Origin: Promethearchaeota archaeon
Lineage (GTDB): Archaea > Asgardarchaeota > Lokiarchaeia > Sigyniarchaeales > SOKP01
Length of the DNA: 64,000 bases
Assembly (NCBI GenBank): GCA_019058365.1
Contig: JAHPZE010000004.1
Span: forward strand, 160,001-224,000
Direction of reading: 5' to 3'
A model generated the notes under the pieces. The model saw only the letters and a list, made by a program, of their open reading frames with translations. It was not told the DNA's origin and did no database searches. Shown here piece after piece: positions 60,384 through 64,000 of the stretch (positions within the stretch are counted from its first letter, which is position 1; each line of letters starts with the position of its first letter). The translations under genes and the position numbers were made by a program.

Positions 60384-61064
60384 GTGAAAAAAATGGTTGT
60401 TATAACAACTAAAAAGCCTGTAGAGGAAGTTCTTAATGTCCTGAAAGATAATAATGCTAAAAAGTTGTTTATTGTAAGTTGTGGGGTTTGTTCAGCATTA
60501 TGTCAAACAGGTGGTGAACAAGGCTTAGAGGAATGGAAAGAAATCTTAGAGAAAGAAGGATATGAGATAGTTAATGGCATGGTTGTAGATGATGTCTGTG
60601 ATAATAGAGAAATGGCTAAAGTTGTACGCAAAAATGATGCGGATGTTCAAGAAGCTGATTCTATTGTCACCTTAAGTTGTGGACTTGGAGTTCAATCTAC
60701 AGTTCAGGTGCTTTCTAAGAAATATCCTGAAAAGCAAGTGTTTGTTACAAATAATACAGAATTTATGGGTATGACAGAGAGAATCGGCAGATTTTATATG
60801 CGATGTCGAGGATGTGGTGATTGTCTATTAAATGAAACAGGTGGTATTTGTCCCATTACCACATGTGCAAAATCGCTTATGAATGGACCATGTGGAGGAA
60901 TGGTTAAAGGCAAATGTGAGGTTGGTAATTACGAGAAAGATTGTGGCTGGGTATTAATTTATAATCGATTGAAAGAGATAGGGAGATTAGATTTATTTTC
61001 CAAATTGAGAGATCCCGTAGATTGGAGTGAATCTGGACACCAACGTGAAGTAGTATGGAGGTAG
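60384..61064 (+). CDS. metV: Second MetV-like subunit
   Basis: SCGVC..LC.TGG, LSCGLG, CRGCGDCLLNETGGICPITTCAKSLMNGPCGG; start may be the ATG at 60393. Confidence 0.9.
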   Translation: MKKMVVITTKKPVEEVLNVLKDNNAKKLFIVSCGVCSALCQTGGEQGLEEWKEILEKEGYEIVNGMVVDDVCDNREMAKVVRKNDADVQEADSIVTLSCGLGVQSTVQVLSKKYPEKQVFVTNNTEFMGMTERIGRFYMRCRGCGDCLLNETGGICPITTCAKSLMNGPCGGMVKGKCEVGNYEKDCGWVLIYNRLKEIGRLDLFSKLRDPVDWSESGHQREVVWR

Positions 61065-61071
61065 AATCAAA

Positions 61072-62004
61072 ATGGCAGAAAAAAAAGTATTTTCTAAATT
61101 AGGTGAAAAGTTAGCAAATGGGGAATTTATACTAACAGGCGAGCTAGAGCCTGAAAAAACTTGTGATCTTTCACATACAATCCAAGAAGCTAAAGAAATG
61201 GCTCCATACGTTGTTGCTGCCAATGTTACTGATAGTCCACTTGGAATAGTAACAATTAATAGTATGGCTGCCTCTCATATTATTCAAAAAGAAGCTGAGT
61301 TGGAAGTGATTTGGCAACTTACAGTAAGAGACGTGAATAAATTAGGTATAGCTGGAATGATAATGGGGGGTCATGCATTAGGATTGAGAAATGTTTTATC
61401 TCTTACTGGGGATCATCCTGCCCTTGGAGATATGCCTGAATCTAAACCTGTATTTGATCTTGATTCAGCGACTCTAGTTAAATTAATACGAGAGATGGTT
61501 GATAAGGGAAAAATAAATGGTCATGAAATTGAACATCCTCCAACTCTTCATGTAGGAGCCGCTGCAAATCCAAACGCAGATCCTATGGGAGCTGAGATTT
61601 TAAAAATTGGAAGAAAAGCCGAAGCAGGCTGTGAATTTATACAAACTCAAGTTGTTTACGATTTGGACAGAACTATTGAATTTTTAAGTGAGATCAAAAA
61701 GTATAACGTTCCAGTTTTACTTGGAATTTTTCCAATGAAAAGCTATGGTATTGCCAAGGGTTTTGATACTTTTGTTCCTGGAGTTGATGTTCCAAAGGAC
61801 ATTTTAGCCAAATGGAAAAACATCAAAACAGAGTTTAAGGATGATAAAAAGGAACAGAATAGATTATATGATCAGGCTAATTATGAGTTTTTCAAGCCCT
61901 TTATTTCCGAACTAAAGAGAAAGGGTTTATTAGCGGGCGTACATTGCATGGCTGTTCATTATCCCCGAATCTTTCCTAAATTGATGGAAGTAATTCAAGC
62001 TTAA
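61072..62004 (+). CDS. metF: Second MetF-like methylenetetrahydrofolate reductase
   Basis: TGELEPEK, ANVTDSP, QLTVRD.N, LTGDHP, EFIQTQ, GVHCMAVHY. Confidence 0.92.
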   Translation: MAEKKVFSKLGEKLANGEFILTGELEPEKTCDLSHTIQEAKEMAPYVVAANVTDSPLGIVTINSMAASHIIQKEAELEVIWQLTVRDVNKLGIAGMIMGGHALGLRNVLSLTGDHPALGDMPESKPVFDLDSATLVKLIREMVDKGKINGHEIEHPPTLHVGAAANPNADPMGAEILKIGRKAEAGCEFIQTQVVYDLDRTIEFLSEIKKYNVPVLLGIFPMKSYGIAKGFDTFVPGVDVPKDILAKWKNIKTEFKDDKKEQNRLYDQANYEFFKPFISELKRKGLLAGVHCMAVHYPRIFPKLMEVIQA

Positions 62005-62029
62005 ATTTAATTTCTTTTTATTTTTTTTA

Positions 62030-63121
62030 TTATGGTAATTTGATAACTTTACCAACTTTTAAATCAAAATAAGTCTCTTTAAACGTCTCCTTAAAAATAT
62101 TAATGCTCTCTATGCTGCTATCATGAGGTGAAAGCGCGATTAATTTAGGATTTCTAGCTTTTAGGTAATCTAAAGCGAAATCTCGATCATTTTTATCCCA
62201 TGGTTCCCATGGTGGTCTTTTTGTCATGATAAATTTATGAATTGGCAATCCTGACCAAATATCCTCATCACCTGGGAAATTTGGGATAGGCAAATGTAAT
62301 CCTCCTATAAAACCATAAATGGGTGTATTAAATAAAGCTTCTACACGATCTATTATCTTTTTAATTCCTTGATGTCCACAACCGACAATAATTACAATCC
62401 CTTTTCCTTCAACATTTATAGCCATAGCCTGTTCGTAAATATCTCTAAAAAAAAACAAAGGATTATGTATAGGACCGATGGAAGCTATACCCTCTGATAT
62501 GACCTCTGGACCTTTCACTTGGCTTATAATAGCAGTAGGATGAGTCATGGGAACAGGAGTAAATGCTTTTACATGGTTTAGGTTAAGTTGGGTTCCTGAA
62601 AGTGAAAATGTATTCTTCTGAGCCCATTGTAAACCTCCTACATGATCACCATGTAAGTGTGAAATAAAAATATACTTAAAGTCTTCTAAAGTGATACCTA
62701 AAGCCTCCATATTCTTTAGAAGGGGAGATGGATGCTTTCTATTAGGATTTAAACCTGTATCATATAGAATACCTACATCATCAGCTTTAATATAATAGGA
62801 AACTCCATTTTCAGTGAAGAGATTATTTTCAGCATGATAATCGATAAGAGGGACAATCTCCAAATCTTTAACTATGCCTATATCATCTAATTTGTTGAAC
62901 TTAGTACTCGACCACTCATTCTCAATAATTTGTTTATTCTTTTCAAATCTTTTGTTCAATACCATTAAAGTGAATAAAGGAAGTGACATTTGAAAAGCTC
63001 GCATCAATTCAAACTCAGAAAGTTTCTCTCCATTTACAATTTTGGATATAATCTCACGATCCTTTATTAGAGGATATTCTTTTAGCAATTTCTTGATTTC
63101 TTCTAAGCTTATACTACTCAA
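62030..63121 (-). CDS. MBL-fold metallohydrolase (COG1237-like)
   Basis: ENGVSYYI, ILYDTG, ISHLHGDHVGG, EQAM, VGCGHQG, GGLHL. Confidence 0.85.
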   Translation of the reverse strand: MSSISLEEIKKLLKEYPLIKDREIISKIVNGEKLSEFELMRAFQMSLPLFTLMVLNKRFEKNKQIIENEWSSTKFNKLDDIGIVKDLEIVPLIDYHAENNLFTENGVSYYIKADDVGILYDTGLNPNRKHPSPLLKNMEALGITLEDFKYIFISHLHGDHVGGLQWAQKNTFSLSGTQLNLNHVKAFTPVPMTHPTAIISQVKGPEVISEGIASIGPIHNPLFFFRDIYEQAMAINVEGKGIVIIVGCGHQGIKKIIDRVEALFNTPIYGFIGGLHLPIPNFPGDEDIWSGLPIHKFIMTKRPPWEPWDKNDRDFALDYLKARNPKLIALSPHDSSIESINIFKETFKETYFDLKVGKVIKLP

Positions 63122-63210
63122 TTTAAAAACCAGATTTGATTCTTTATTTTAATATTGTATTTAGTCTACTTTATTTATTTCTTATTATTTTATTCAATCG
63201 GCTTACACTT

Positions 63211-64000
63211 TTATCCAAAGGAAATTCCACCTGATTTTGTTATTAAGCTCCAATCTTCCCAAGCATAACTAGTATCTATCATAGTAGGAGAATTACAACT
63301 GTCGCAGTTTTCTGTTTCTTTTAAATATTGTTGAAATCGTGGTAAATTCATGGCTTCTTTAACAGAGGTTTCTCGTAAATTTGCGATTGGTCTATCTAAT
63401 CGAAGACAATCTTCGATATCACCATTAGAATTAACAAACATGAAGACCTTCCTTGCATGGCATCGATAAGTTTTCTTTCCTCCGATGAAATGTTTCAAGT
63501 ACATTTCTGAATTTAATATGTGAGAGCCATTCCTTTTTGCATCTAAAATTCTCGAAAAAGCATCACTTATTTCCTGGTCCGTTGCAGAAAGTTCTCCTTT
63601 TTCATCCATATCCCCATATGAATAGTGGCGTATGGTATTTATTACATTAAATGCAATAGGAATCTCTATTTTATTGCCAAGAGCAATCATTTCATCAACA
63701 CGATGAATGTTAAATTTACTAATAGAAAAACTAAATTGTAAAGAAATAAGAGGATAATCCCTTTTAATTATTTCAACTGATTTCATTATATTATCATACA
63801 ATCCAGGCAATGACCTAATTTTATCATGTTCTTCTCGTATAGGAGAATCAAGAGACATAAGAATAAGGTCAAGATCATCCCCAAATTCAAGGATTCGTTT
63901 AGGTATAAGAAAACCATTGGTCACCATACCTATAAACGCAAAGTTGGCTTCATGCTTGGCAAATTTTATAATATCAGAAATATCTTTGCGAAGCGTAGGC
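63211..64000 (-). CDS. Radical SAM protein with SPASM/twitch domain (5' end outside the window)
   Basis: Frame open to the window edge (PTLRKDI...MVTNG), SLDS...HDKIR, C-terminal CHA...GDIEDC...CDSC. Confidence 0.85.
   Translation of the reverse strand, partial: PTLRKDISDIIKFAKHEANFAFIGMVTNGFLIPKRILEFGDDLDLILMSLDSPIREEHDKIRSLPGLYDNIMKSVEIIKRDYPLISLQFSFSISKFNIHRVDEMIALGNKIEIPIAFNVINTIRHYSYGDMDEKGELSATDQEISDAFSRILDAKRNGSHILNSEMYLKHFIGGKKTYRCHARKVFMFVNSNGDIEDCLRLDRPIANLRETSVKEAMNLPRFQQYLKETENCDSCNSPTMIDTSYAWEDWSLITKSGGISFG

Noticed and set aside
503-61223. Many short ORFs antisense to or overlapping long genes (e.g. 503..712, 11910..12230, 22090..22425, 34659..35024, 41358..41678, 49781..50278)
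   Set aside because: Shadow frames of well-supported genes with no motifs of their own

Overview
Very AT-rich, gene-dense archaeal DNA, most likely an Asgard archaeon of the Lokiarchaeia type. This is inferred from archaeal rpo3/L18e/L13/S9, thermosome, Lsm, RIO2, four small-GTPase-family genes, a gelsolin-like domain, a eukaryote-like PPP phosphatase and a multi-PAS kinase. I saw no rRNA, tRNA, CRISPR array or transposase. The first ~39 kb is mostly housekeeping (porDAB, aroC/aroA, glyA, trmI, trpS, PEPCK) with eukaryotic-signature genes mixed in. The centrepiece is a ~12.5 kb redox locus: an FrhB-like gene divergent from a tightly coupled hdrC-hdrB-hdrA'-hdrA''-mvhD(HTH)-hdrA'A''mvhD(fused)-metV-metF run, followed by an Lrp gene. 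It looks like an expanded, archaeal, possibly F420-fed version of the acetogen HdrABC-MvhD-MetVF methylene-pterin reductase, and a second metVF pair lies 9 kb downstream. Other notable items are a gelsolin-domain/4-TM fusion, a circularly permuted ATP-grasp ligase near an acidic Cys-tailed protein and a hydrolase, a Rab-like pseudo-GTPase, a GTPase that needs a non-canonical start, and several clear operator-like DNA motifs. All family calls come from reading motifs by eye; no database searches were run.
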